From: an uncultured Acidimicrobiaceae bacterium
GTDB taxonomy: Bacteria; Actinomycetota; Acidimicrobiia; Acidimicrobiales; RAAP-2
Assembly: GCA_963832925.1 (NCBI GenBank)
Contig: CAWHVY010000013.1
Span: 29,797 to 93,796, forward strand
Length of the DNA stretch: 64,000 nucleotides
Direction of reading: 5' to 3'
Positions within the stretch are counted from its first letter, which is position 1; every line of letters starts with the position of its first letter. The notes under the pieces were generated by a model. It was not told the DNA's origin. It worked only from the letters and a program-made list of their open reading frames with translations, and did no database searches. The translations under genes and the position numbers were made by a program. Shown in pieces: positions 29,301-37,581 of the stretch.

Positions 29301-29544
29301 CGATCTGAATGGCGATGATCGGCACGGACAGGAGGTTGATAACCCCGAGTATCGCGCCGAGTGCGCCATATTGATCGGGGCCGATCACTCGACTCACGAC
29401 CACGTGGAACGCAAAATTGGAGACACTGACGCCGGCGGTCGCCAGTAAGAAGGAAAGTGCCCCTCGACCGAATATGCCCGAAGTGAGCTCCGACCACATC
29501 GTCTTCGCAGCAGACTGCGACGCTTGGTTTAGTTGATTGGACAT
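26320..29544 (-). CDS. Triple fusion: Wzx/MATE-like flippase + polyprenol-phosphate sugar synthase-like GT2 + GT4 glycosyltransferase
   Basis: One 1074-aa ORF. About 12 TM helices (VVSRVIGPDQYGALG); then LVVPF..VSDGSTD..QGKGAALREG..FLDSD..GSKRHP..DTQTGIK..FDLEL; then LNWRDVSHPNAGGAE..FIGRLESHK..EGWGLVVSEA. Confidence 0.88.
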   Translation of the reverse strand: MSNQLNQASQSAAKTMWSELTSGIFGRGALSFLLATAGVSVSNFAFHVVVSRVIGPDQYGALGAILGVINLLSVPIIAIQIAATQAVVGRGASETSHNVSKMVQRVAVFGVIGSVLMLACAVPLDSFLHLTSPMSVVLVAAWIPFAAVGAALQGSLIGEYRFRPAAFALFVGGGPIRLVLGAVLGYMSFGVTGAIAATLIAQIFTTASLAYSSRHHAFTAKRGKAVNTALRDIVFSVCALAGFTVLTNIDTFLSRHYFSANLAGQYAAGAIAAHIALLVPTAIVTVAFPLLADGNGISDASRRAFMQSLKIVTLLGMIFALGMILFSSLLVSVLFGAKYGPAVTVIRPLALESAGLGVLNLLIYLHLARRSYVSMISWLSVALVAVVTTFRHHSMVELALIMLVAVGVVLIAGAWPAWKALTTAAARRDVDRLSELILPTVTVDLTLVVPFRNPGPGFAQRVADCVDVLGATGLTFEILAVSDGSTDHSEDSFPHLSSETLRVLHMEESQGKGAALREGLLQGRGRYLGFLDSDFALSPNLLIEFAKVVHEEGPDIAFGSKRHPESKVAYPPLRRFFSFSYEQLTRLLFRAPLRDTQTGIKVIRRDVLIAVLPSMVEKNFGFDLELFVVAREMGYSDFVEIPVEIDAKFPSTVSVKSIRGLLWDTLAIFYRLRILRYYDRATGPASAARSARDEVEVTASLAVTGGAAMVPAPRRDLRILILNWRDVSHPNAGGAELYTDSVARHWISEGHHVTLFCAEIAGRPHSEVVDGLHIIRRGSRYSVYREARNYYRNEGSGLYDLVVDEINTRPFLSPKWVDDVPVVGLAYQVCRELWYLQMPFPLSWVGHHILEPKWLKSYHSTKVVTISESSRESLVAYGMTDVHVVPVGVTIEVPTEPLPRETRPTVVFIGRLESHKRPHDAIRAFSMLHEQDPRAVMWIIGSGPMEAQLRKSSPPGVQFLGGISHAEKFERLQRAHVLVATSVREGWGLVVSEAAALGTPAIAYDVAGLRDSVSASGGILTAPTPDALGRALCEYFKTIPEAGVPKVSAGGILEWGEVADLILGVAIGPREPAL

Positions 29545-29749
29545 GCGCTCGGCCGTTCCCTATGCACGTGCGTCGACTGATCGACACTCAGTGGGCGCAC
29601 GCGGTGCAGGCCCTCACGGATCAGTCCACTCAACGTCACGTCTGTTTGCACCCTGCCACCCTTCTCACGAAGTGGCTGACGTCACTCCCGAGAGGCAATT
29701 CAGTTGCGAGTTAACCCGTGGTCTGGAGGCTCTCGTGATTGTTTCAACG

Positions 29750-30640
29750 TTAGCGGGAGGTCCCTGACGGTCCACCGTCAGCGTCGTCGTAGCCGACGCC
29801 GACCAACGTCAAAGCCGTTGCGGGTGCTGGAGATGGGAGGTGGTCGCGGCTGAGATTCTCAAGCCTTTCTAAAACTGTCGACTCCGGCCACCGCCCCTGG
29901 CCGATCTCGACCATCAAAGAGGTGAGACAGCGCACCATGTTGTGACAGAACGATTGAGCTCGAATTGTGAATTTGAGCGCGGTCGAGTGCGCCGGTGTGA
30001 GCGCCCACTCGTCGTCGAGCCGCTCCCACCTCGCGTCGATCACCCGTCGCAGTAGAGGTTCATCGGCGGTCGAGTTCGTCGGTCGTCGACAGAAGGCACG
30101 AAAGTCGTGCGTGCCGACGATCACTCGACTCACCCGGTTCATGGCGTCGATGTCGAGCGGCCCCTGCACGGTCCACGACCAGGCGTTGGTGAGATCGAGG
30201 CCCGGCGGCGTCGCTTCGAGCACGAGGTACCGGTACTCACGCCACCGGGCGGAGAACCGCGCGCTGAACTCGTCGTCGAGGACCTGCGCGTTGAGGACTT
30301 GGATGCGTCCACGTAACTGTTTGTTGAGCGAACGCATGAGGTGCGCTGCATCAGGTCCCCTCGTCGTGGAGAAGAGCACGGTGGGCAGGTCGACGTGGAC
30401 GACTTGGGCGAAGGCGTGCACCCCGCTATCGGTGCGACCGGCGCCGACGATGAGCGGCTCGTCCATCCGGAGCGTGCTGGCGAGGGTCTCGCGAAGGACG
30501 CCGACCACCGTCGTGCACTCAGGTTGGTAGGCGAAGCCAGAGAACGCCTGGCCGTCGTAGGCGATATCGAGACGCCACCGTTGGGTGGCGGCTACGGGTT
30601 GATCAGACGAACTCAATGCGCGCCATCGGGGCGTTGTCAC
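29750..30640 (-). CDS. truA: tRNA pseudouridine(38-40) synthase
   Basis: DIAYDGQAFSG, GAGRTDSGVHA, FSARFSA, GTHDFRAFC, FCHNMVR. Confidence 0.96.
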   Translation of the reverse strand: MTTPRWRALSSSDQPVAATQRWRLDIAYDGQAFSGFAYQPECTTVVGVLRETLASTLRMDEPLIVGAGRTDSGVHAFAQVVHVDLPTVLFSTTRGPDAAHLMRSLNKQLRGRIQVLNAQVLDDEFSARFSARWREYRYLVLEATPPGLDLTNAWSWTVQGPLDIDAMNRVSRVIVGTHDFRAFCRRPTNSTADEPLLRRVIDARWERLDDEWALTPAHSTALKFTIRAQSFCHNMVRCLTSLMVEIGQGRWPESTVLERLENLSRDHLPSPAPATALTLVGVGYDDADGGPSGTSR

Positions 30641-30965
30641 CTTGGCGCGGCCCGAGCTTCAGGATTCGCGTGTAGCCACCGGGGCGATCGGAGTAGCGCG
30701 GAGCGATCTCGGTGAACAGCTTGTGGGTCATGTCCTTGTCGCGGATGAACGCCACGACGCGGCGATTGGCGTGGACCGATCCCTCGGGTGAGTTCTTCGC
30801 GGCGGTGACGACCTTCTCGACGATCGGACGCAGCGCCTTGGCCTTGGCCTCGGTGGTCACGATCGACTCGGCCGCGATCATCGAGGCGACGAGGTTGCCC
30901 ATCATCGCCTTCTGGTGTGCGGAGTCGCCACCGAATCGCTTGCCCTTCGTAGGAGTGCCGCGCAT
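30603..30965 (-). CDS. rplQ: 50S ribosomal protein L17
   Basis: IVTTEAKAK, RPGGYTRILKLGPRQGDNAPMARIEFV. Confidence 0.97.
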   Translation of the reverse strand: MRGTPTKGKRFGGDSAHQKAMMGNLVASMIAAESIVTTEAKAKALRPIVEKVVTAAKNSPEGSVHANRRVVAFIRDKDMTHKLFTEIAPRYSDRPGGYTRILKLGPRQGDNAPMARIEFV

Positions 30966-30967
30966 GA

Positions 30968-31909
30968 TTAGTCCTCGACTCGCAGTGAGAGACCGCGCTC
31001 TTCGAGACGGTCATTGACGTCCTTCAGCGACGTGGCGCCGAAGTTGGTGATCGACGTGAGGTCACGCTCGGTGGCATTCACCAACTGCGCGATGGTGTTG
31101 ATGCCGGCGCGCTTGAGGCAGTTACGCGAACGCTCGGTGAGACCCAGCTCTTCGATGCGGATGTCGAGCTCGCTCGCGGCGGCCTGGGCCGTGCCGACGT
31201 CGCCCAACTCCAGGGCCGGTGCCTCGTCGTCGAAGTTACCGATGAGCTCGACCAACGAGCCGAGCGTCTTGCCGGCCGAGGCCAACGCCTCACGCGGGCT
31301 GATCGAACCGTCGGTCTCGATCTCGATGACGAGACGGTCGAAGTCCTTGGACTGCTCGACGCGCACGGGCTCGATCTCGAAGCTGACGCGCCGGACCGGG
31401 GTGAAGATGGCGTCGAGCGGGATCACACCGATGGTGGACGATCCCTTGTTGCCTTCAGCGCCGACGTAGCCCTTGCCGCGCTCGACGGTGAGCTCGAAGG
31501 TCAGGGCGCTTTTGGCGTTCGTGAGGTACGCGAGGTGCAGGTCGCCGTTCAAGATCTCGACGTCAGCCGTGGTCGAGAGGTCGGCCGCAGTGACGGGACC
31601 CTCGCCGCGCTTGTCGAGGCGCAGCATGACCGGCTCGTCGCTGTGCACCTGGAGGAGCAGGTCCTTCAGGTTCAGGCAGATGTCCTGGACGTCCTCTTTG
31701 ACGCCCTCGATGACACCGAACTCGTGCAACACGGCGTCGAACTTGACGCGCGTCGCGGCGGCGCCCGGAATCGATGAGAGCAGCGTGCGGCGAAGCGAGT
31801 TGCCGAGCGTGTGCCCGAAGCCGGGGTCGAGTGGTCCGATACCGAAGGACTGACGATTGTTTACCTCGTCGCCGAGGGCTTCAATGATGGGGCGCTGGAT
31901 GATCAACAT
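30968..31909 (-). CDS. rpoA: RNA polymerase alpha subunit
   Basis: PLDPGFGHTLGNSLRRTLLSSIPGAA, GVKEDV, PLDAIFTPVRRV, IEELGLTERSRNCLKRAGI. Confidence 0.98.
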   Translation of the reverse strand: MLIIQRPIIEALGDEVNNRQSFGIGPLDPGFGHTLGNSLRRTLLSSIPGAAATRVKFDAVLHEFGVIEGVKEDVQDICLNLKDLLLQVHSDEPVMLRLDKRGEGPVTAADLSTTADVEILNGDLHLAYLTNAKSALTFELTVERGKGYVGAEGNKGSSTIGVIPLDAIFTPVRRVSFEIEPVRVEQSKDFDRLVIEIETDGSISPREALASAGKTLGSLVELIGNFDDEAPALELGDVGTAQAAASELDIRIEELGLTERSRNCLKRAGINTIAQLVNATERDLTSITNFGATSLKDVNDRLEERGLSLRVED

Positions 31910-31940
31910 GGGGACTCCTCTAAGTCTGTGAAAGGTTGGA

Positions 31941-32585
31941 TTACTTGGAGTACAGCTCGACGATGAGCTGCTCCTTGATCGACTCGTCGATCTGTTCGCG
32001 TTGTGGGACGATGCGCACGGTGACACTGAATCCGGCGTCGCCGGTCTCGAGCCAGCCGGGCACGCTGCGGTCCAGCACGTCAAGGTTGCGCTTCACGTTG
32101 AAGTTCTCGCGCGTGACGTTCTTCAGGGCGATCACTTCGCCGGGGCGAACGCGGTAGGACGGGATGTTGACGCGCTTGCCGTCGACGGTCACGTGACCGT
32201 GGCGAACGAACTGGCGGGCCTGGGCACGCGACGCACCCCAACCGGCGCGGTAGGCGATGTTGTCCAGACGCAGCTCCAGGAACTGCAGCAGGTTCGTACC
32301 GGTCATGCCGGGACGGCGACTGGCCTCTTCGTAGAGGTTGCGGAACTGCTTCTCCAAGAGACCGTAGATGCGACGGGCCTTCTGCTTCTCGCGCAGCTGC
32401 GTGAGGTACTCCGACCCCTGGCGCTGACGGTCGCGACCGTGCATGCCCGGCGGGAACGCGCGCATCTGGCGGTCCGAGTTCTCAGCGACGGGGCACTTCA
32501 TGGTGAAGCAGCGCTCGCCCTTCAGGTACAACTTGGTGCGCTCACGTCGACAGAGTCGACAGACGGGTCCGGTGTAACGAGCCAT
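31941..32585 (-). CDS. rpsD: 30S ribosomal protein S4 (four-Cys Zn form)
   Basis: MARYTGPVCRLCRRE..GERC..KC, QLREKQK, LELRLDN, IVELYSK. Confidence 0.98.
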   Translation of the reverse strand: MARYTGPVCRLCRRERTKLYLKGERCFTMKCPVAENSDRQMRAFPPGMHGRDRQRQGSEYLTQLREKQKARRIYGLLEKQFRNLYEEASRRPGMTGTNLLQFLELRLDNIAYRAGWGASRAQARQFVRHGHVTVDGKRVNIPSYRVRPGEVIALKNVTRENFNVKRNLDVLDRSVPGWLETGDAGFSVTVRIVPQREQIDESIKEQLIVELYSK

Positions 32586-32587
32586 GA

Positions 32588-32983
32588 CTAACCCCTACGA
32601 CGCTTCTTGGGGCGACACCCGTTGTGCGGCAGTGGCGTGACGTCCTTGATGGCGACGACCTCGATGCCCGCCGCGGCGATCGAACGAATCGCGGTCTCGC
32701 GACCCGATCCCGGTCCGCGCACCAGCACGTCGACCTTCTTGACGCCGTGTTCCATCGCGGCGCGCGCACACTTCTCGGCGGCGAGCTGTGCGGCATACGG
32801 CGTGGACTTACGCGATCCCTTGAAACCGACCTGACCCGAGCTGGCCCAGGACAACACGTTGCCCTCGGGGTCCGAGATCGAGACGATCGTGTTGTTGAAC
32901 GAGCTCTTGATGTGCGCGACGCCGAAGGCGACGTTCTTGCGCTCCTTCTTGCGACCCTTGCGAACCGTATTCGGCTTAGCCAT
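32588..32983 (-). CDS. rpsK: 30S ribosomal protein S11
   Basis: [33 protein letters not shown]. Confidence 0.98.
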   Translation of the reverse strand: MAKPNTVRKGRKKERKNVAFGVAHIKSSFNNTIVSISDPEGNVLSWASSGQVGFKGSRKSTPYAAQLAAEKCARAAMEHGVKKVDVLVRGPGSGRETAIRSIAAAGIEVVAIKDVTPLPHNGCRPKKRRRG

Positions 32984-33360
32984 TACTTCGTTACCTTCTT
33001 CTTACCGGCGACGGTGCGCTTCGGTCCCTTGCGGGTGCGAGCGTTGGTGCGGGTGCGCTGACCGCGAACGGGCAGGCCCTTGCGGTGACGGATGCCCTGG
33101 AGGCAGTTGATCTCCATCTTGCGCTTGATGTCTTGAGCGACGTCACGTCGAAGGTCACCTTCGACGGTGACGTTCTGGTCGATGTAGGCACGAAGCTTGT
33201 TGACGTCGGCTTCGCTTAAGTCCTTCACGCGCGTCGACTCATCGACGCCGGTCGCGGCACAGACCTGTTGGGCGATGGTCGGACCGACGCCGAAGATATA
33301 GGTGAGCGCGATCACGGTGCGCTTGTCGCGCGGGATGTCGACGCCAGCAATACGGGCCAT
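32983..33360 (-). CDS. rpsM: 30S ribosomal protein S13
   Basis: [31 protein letters not shown]. Confidence 0.98.
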   Translation of the reverse strand: MARIAGVDIPRDKRTVIALTYIFGVGPTIAQQVCAATGVDESTRVKDLSEADVNKLRAYIDQNVTVEGDLRRDVAQDIKRKMEINCLQGIRHRKGLPVRGQRTRTNARTRKGPKRTVAGKKKVTK

Positions 33361-33369
33361 GTTCTTCTC

Positions 33370-33483
33370 CTAGCCCTGGCGCTGCTTGTGGCGAGGCTGC
33401 TCGCAGATCACACGGACGACGCCGGACCTGCGAATCACCTTGCACTTCTCACACATGGGCTTGACGCTTGCGCGAACCTTCAT
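33370..33483 (-). CDS. rpmJ: 50S ribosomal protein L36 (37 aa, Zn-ribbon form)
   Basis: Manual translation [37 protein letters not shown]. Confidence 0.97.
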   Translation of the reverse strand: MKVRASVKPMCEKCKVIRRSGVVRVICEQPRHKQRQG

Positions 33484-33514
33484 GATTCTCTTTCTCGATC
33501 TTCTAGAACTGGAG

Positions 33515-33739
33515 CTATTTGTAGCGGTAGGTGATGCGACCGCGGGTCATGTCATACGGAGTGATCTCTACCTGGACCTTGTCGCCGGGGAGGATACGGA
33601 TGCGGTGCATGCGCATCTTTCCCGAGCTGTGCGCGAGGACGGTATACCCGTTCTCTAATTCGACGCGAAACATGGCGTTTGGTAGAGGCTCGACGACGGT
33701 CCCCTCAACGGTAAACGCGTCTTCCTTTGGCTTGCTCAG
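33515..33739 (-). CDS. infA: Translation initiation factor IF-1 (apparent CTG start)
   Basis: [30 protein letters not shown]...[17 protein letters not shown]...GRITYRYK; AAGGAG SD 7 nt before CTG. Confidence 0.95.
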   Translation of the reverse strand: MSKPKEDAFTVEGTVVEPLPNAMFRVELENGYTVLAHSSGKMRMHRIRILPGDKVQVEITPYDMTRGRITYRYK

Positions 33740-33827
33740 GTTCTTTCTCCTTGTAACGGCGGGACGTGGAAGAGCAAAAAGCTCCTTCACGGATGGACCT
33801 CGAGGCATGCCAAGAGGTCGGCTGACA

Positions 33828-33855
33828 ATTCTACCAAAATTTCGGCAAAACGCAA
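33828..33855 (-). promoter_or_regulatory. Promoter of infA-rpmJ-rpsM-rpsK-rpsD-rpoA-rplQ
   Basis: TTGCGT-N16-TAGAAT with an extended -10 (TGg-TAGAAT). Confidence 0.6.
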
Positions 33856-33917
33856 AAGTTGGTTCCCAAAACGTCCCGTCGTGACGATCCGGTACATCCA
33901 TTGTAATGGTCGAGAAC

Positions 33918-33961
33918 GTGACCCGAGACCCTAGTGACCATACGGAAAATGGCCCCATACT
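33918..33961 (+). promoter_or_regulatory. Candidate DosR-type box plus leaderless -10
   Basis: GTGAC-CCGA-GACCC (8/10 match to GGGAC-N4-GTCCC) centred ~43 nt upstream of ATG 33968; CATACT lies 6 nt before that ATG. Confidence 0.4.
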
Positions 33962-33967
33962 GGGACC

Positions 33968-34363
33968 ATGACGTTCACGGGTCACTCACTCTCGGGCGTT
34001 CCGTTCACTCGCGACGAGTGTCTGCGCCGACTCGACAAGGCCGACGTGGCGCGCGTACTGCTCTCGGTGAAGGGACTACCCGCCGCGTTGCCGGCGCGCA
34101 TCGAGCTCGCCGAACGTGACCGTTTGGTCATCTCGAGTCGAGAAAACGCAGTATTGCTGGCCGCGCGCCGCGGCGACGTCATCTCCCTGCAAATCGACGG
34201 TCTCGGTGACGACAATCGGACCTGGTCAGTCACCGTGACGGGAATCGCCGCCCCCGCGTCCCCCGACAGCGAGGAAGTCGAGCGTTTCAAGCGCCGACTC
34301 GATTCCGGGGCGACCCTGGTCATCTTGCCCATATCGCTGGTGGCGGGCCATCGCGAACTCTGA
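33968..34363 (+). CDS. Pyridoxamine 5'-phosphate oxidase-like (FMN split-barrel) protein
   Basis: [34 protein letters not shown]; this family is typical of DosR-type regulons. Confidence 0.7.
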   Translation: MTFTGHSLSGVPFTRDECLRRLDKADVARVLLSVKGLPAALPARIELAERDRLVISSRENAVLLAARRGDVISLQIDGLGDDNRTWSVTVTGIAAPASPDSEEVERFKRRLDSGATLVILPISLVAGHREL

Positions 34364-34403
34364 GCTGCCGGCCGATTTTTCCAACTGTGGGAGAATCTAC
34401 CCA

Positions 34404-35540
34404 GTGGCGTTCCATAAGATCAACGACCCCGAGCGACTCCATGCTCTGATCGATGCGATCCTCCTCATTGAGACCGACGCGGACTTAGACGGGCTGCTCT
34501 CACGGATCATCGAGACCGCCTCGCGACTGGTCGGTGCTCGTTACGGCGCCCTCGGGGTCATCGCCCGCGACGGCACCACGCTCTCTCGCTTCATCACCTA
34601 CGGACTGACCCCCGAGCAGCGCGCCGCCATCGGCTCCGAGCCCCACGGCCACGGACTCTTGGGTGAGATCATCCGGGGTCGCACGACGCTGCGCATCGAC
34701 GAGCTGGCCACGCATCCTCAGTCCTCGGGCTTCCCGCCGAACCACCCGCCGATGCACCGATTCCTCGGCGTGCCGGTCGTGACCGGCGACGGACATATCT
34801 TTGGCAATCTCTACCTCACCGATCCCCTGGACGGCGAGCCGTTCAGTGAAGAGGACGAGCAACTCACCGAGGCCTTCGGCCGCGCCGCCGGTCTCGTCAT
34901 CGATCAAGAGATGCTCCGTTCCAACGTGCGCTCGTTGACACTGGCTGAAGAGCGTGAACGTCTCGCGCGTGACCTCCACGACACGGTCATCCAGCGACTC
35001 TTCGGCGTCGGCCTGGCGCTGCAGAACTCACTGCCCGTGATCGCCGAGGACGAAGTGCGCGTTCGCATCAACAACGTTCTCGACGAACTCGACACCACGA
35101 TCCAGGAGATCCGCACGACGATCTTCGAGATCGACCAAGATCACCAGAGCGGACTGAGCTTCGAAGAGCGCGTCATCGCGCTGTCGCGAGAGATCGAGAC
35201 GCGTCTCGGCGTACGCGCCGAGGTGAAGGTCGCCTCTGACATCGAGGCCGACATCGGGCCGCAGTGCGCGCACAACTGCGTGCAGGCGCTGCGCGAGATC
35301 CTCTCGAACGTCGTGCGACACTCGCAGGCCACGGCGGTCGACATCCAACTCGACACGAAGGACGATCTCATCGAGGTCGTCGTGCGCGACAATGGTGTCG
35401 GTTTCGTCCCGAACGTCGGTTCCGGTCGCGGTGTACGAAACCTCACCTCTCGGGCACGCGAACTCGGCGGCGACTGCACGATCAGCTCCACTGTCGGCGG
35501 TGGCACCACGGTGCGATGGACCGCGAGTCGGTCGTTCTGA
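34404..35540 (+). CDS. GAF-domain sensor histidine kinase, DosS/DevS-like
   Basis: GARYGALGVI, THPQSSGFPPNHPPMHRFLGVPV, GNLYLTD, H-box RLARDLHDTVIQRLF, REILSNVVRH, DNGVGF. Confidence 0.9.
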   Translation: MAFHKINDPERLHALIDAILLIETDADLDGLLSRIIETASRLVGARYGALGVIARDGTTLSRFITYGLTPEQRAAIGSEPHGHGLLGEIIRGRTTLRIDELATHPQSSGFPPNHPPMHRFLGVPVVTGDGHIFGNLYLTDPLDGEPFSEEDEQLTEAFGRAAGLVIDQEMLRSNVRSLTLAEERERLARDLHDTVIQRLFGVGLALQNSLPVIAEDEVRVRINNVLDELDTTIQEIRTTIFEIDQDHQSGLSFEERVIALSREIETRLGVRAEVKVASDIEADIGPQCAHNCVQALREILSNVVRHSQATAVDIQLDTKDDLIEVVVRDNGVGFVPNVGSGRGVRNLTSRARELGGDCTISSTVGGGTTVRWTASRSF

Positions 35541-35541
35541 C

Positions 35542-36186
35542 ATGATCAATCTCTTCCTCGTCGACGACCACGAGATCGTTCGCCGCGGTCTTCACGAACT
35601 CTTCGACGCCGAAGAGGACCTCACCGTCGTGGCCCAGGCTGGATCACTCGATGAGGCGCTGCTCGTGGACATCACCGAGATCGACGTCGCGATCCTCGAC
35701 GTCCGAATGCCCGACGGCAGCGGTGTGGACCTCTGTCGTCAATTACGCGAAGTGCGACCTGAACTCGGTTGCCTGATGCTCACCGCGTTCGCCGACAACG
35801 ACGCACTGAACGCGTCGTACCTCGCGGGCGCGCGCGGTTACGTCTTGAAGAACGTGCGGGGCGATGAGTTGATCACGTCGATCCGCCGCGTGGCCAACGG
35901 CGAGATGTTGCTCACGCCCGAGCAGATCGAGCGCGCACGCGAACGACTGCGTCGACAGATCACCGAGGACATCCGCCTCGAGAGTCTCAGCCCGCAAGAA
36001 CACCGAATACTCGATCTCCTCAGCGAGGGTCTGAGCAACCGCGAGATCGCCGACGTCATGTTCCTCGCCGAGAAGACGGTCAAGAACTACGTGTCCAACC
36101 TGCTCGCGAAGTTGGGCTTTCAGCGAAGGACCGAAGCGGCGCTCTTCGCGCAACGCCAACAGGACCGCGCCAAGCCTCGCGACTAG
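35542..36186 (+). CDS. NarL/LuxR-family response regulator, DosR/DevR-like
   Basis: FLVDDHEIVRRGL, ILDVRMPDGSGVDLCR, LAGARGYVLK, FLAEKTVKNYVSNLLAKLG..RRTEAA. Confidence 0.92.
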   Translation: MINLFLVDDHEIVRRGLHELFDAEEDLTVVAQAGSLDEALLVDITEIDVAILDVRMPDGSGVDLCRQLREVRPELGCLMLTAFADNDALNASYLAGARGYVLKNVRGDELITSIRRVANGEMLLTPEQIERARERLRRQITEDIRLESLSPQEHRILDLLSEGLSNREIADVMFLAEKTVKNYVSNLLAKLGFQRRTEAALFAQRQQDRAKPRD

Positions 36187-36923
36187 AGGACGGTCAGGAC
36201 TTCCGGACCGTTGTCGGTGATCGCGATGGTGTGTTCGAAGTGCGCCGAAAGCGAGCCGTCCTGGGTCATGACGCTCCATCCGTCATCGAGCATGTAGGTC
36301 TCGAAGCCGCCGACGTTCACCATCGGCTCGATCGCGAAGACCATGCCTTCTTTGAGCGTCGGTCCCGGTGAGCCCGGCCAGTAGTTCGGCACCTGCGGTT
36401 CCTCGTGCATCGCGGTGCCGATGGCGTGTCCGACGTACTCGCGCACGACGGAGTATCCCGCCGCCTCGGCGACCTTCTGCACGGCGCGACCGACTTCGTT
36501 CAGTCGGTTGCCCTTCTTCAGTTGCTCGATGCCGGCCCACAGCGATCGCTCGGTCACCTCGATGAGACGGGTCGCCTCGTCGCTGATCTGGCCGACGCCG
36601 GTCGTGTAGGCGGCGTCGCCGTGGTAGCCCTCGATGATCGCGCCGCAGTCGACCGAGATGATGTCGCCCTCATGCAGGGTGACGTTGCCGGGGATGCCGT
36701 GGACGATCATGTCGTTGGGACTCGTGCAGATCACGGCCGGGAAGCCGTGGTAATTGAGAAAGTTCGAGCGCGCGCCGCGCTTGGCGAGCACCTCGGCGGC
36801 CACCTCATTGAGCTGCATCGTCGTGACGCCCGGGCGGATCGCCGCGCGCGTCGCTTCGTGCATCTCGGCCACGACCTTGCCGGCCTTGCGCATCTTGTTC
36901 AGCTCATCGGCCGAACGCCTCAC
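36183..36923 (-). CDS. map: Methionine aminopeptidase type I
   Basis: GDIISVDCG, YHGDAA, GHAIG..MHEEP, FAIEPM, SAHFEHT. Confidence 0.97.
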   Translation of the reverse strand: MRRSADELNKMRKAGKVVAEMHEATRAAIRPGVTTMQLNEVAAEVLAKRGARSNFLNYHGFPAVICTSPNDMIVHGIPGNVTLHEGDIISVDCGAIIEGYHGDAAYTTGVGQISDEATRLIEVTERSLWAGIEQLKKGNRLNEVGRAVQKVAEAAGYSVVREYVGHAIGTAMHEEPQVPNYWPGSPGPTLKEGMVFAIEPMVNVGGFETYMLDDGWSVMTQDGSLSAHFEHTIAITDNGPEVLTVL

Positions 36924-37579
36924 GCGAGGCCCCGTTCGTGGACCAACCTCATGATCTCTTCGGTCACCTCGTGGGGGCTCTGGTCCCCGTCGACGGTGAC
37001 GAGCAGACCGCGCTGCGCATAGAAACTCAGCAGCGGTTCGGTGTCCTTTTCGTAGTTCATCAAACGCGTGCGTATTGCCTCAGGGTAATCGTCGGTGCGC
37101 TGGATGACGTCGCCGCCGCAGTTCGAGCACGTGCCGGAGATGGCCTCGATGTCGGTGTCCTTATAGGTCGTGCCGCACTCCTGGCAGACGCGCCGCGACG
37201 AGAGCCGCTGGGTCACCAGTTCGATTGGCACGTCGAGGTTGATGCAGAGCTTGATGCCGTCGGCGCCGAGCATCGCTTCGAGCGCCTCGGCCTGGCCGAT
37301 GGTGCGCGGGAAGCCGTCGAGCAAGACGCCGCGCTGGGCGTCGGGCTCTTTGAATCGCTCTTCGACGAGTTGGTTCACGATGTCATCGGAGACCAGGTCG
37401 CCGGCTTCGAGGATCGAGGCGACCTGCTTGCCGAGATCGCTGCCGGCCTTGACGGCGTTGCGCAAGATGTCACCGGTCGAGACGTGCGGGATGCCGTACT
37501 TCTCGGACAGGGCAGTGGACTGTGTTCCCTTGCCGGCGCCCTGTTTTCCCAGGACGATCAGATTTAGACGTGCCGTCAT
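36920..37579 (-). CDS. adk: Adenylate kinase
   Basis: GKQGAGKGTQ, STGDILR, LDGFPRT, Zn lid CQEC..CSNC. Confidence 0.97.
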   Translation of the reverse strand: MTARLNLIVLGKQGAGKGTQSTALSEKYGIPHVSTGDILRNAVKAGSDLGKQVASILEAGDLVSDDIVNQLVEERFKEPDAQRGVLLDGFPRTIGQAEALEAMLGADGIKLCINLDVPIELVTQRLSSRRVCQECGTTYKDTDIEAISGTCSNCGGDVIQRTDDYPEAIRTRLMNYEKDTEPLLSFYAQRGLLVTVDGDQSPHEVTEEIMRLVHERGLA

Positions 37580-37581
37580 GG

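Noticed and set aside
29545-29749. ncRNA or tRNA in the gap between the glycosylation cassette and truA
   Set aside because: No cloverleaf, T-loop motif or convincing stable structure; probably just the cassette promoter region.
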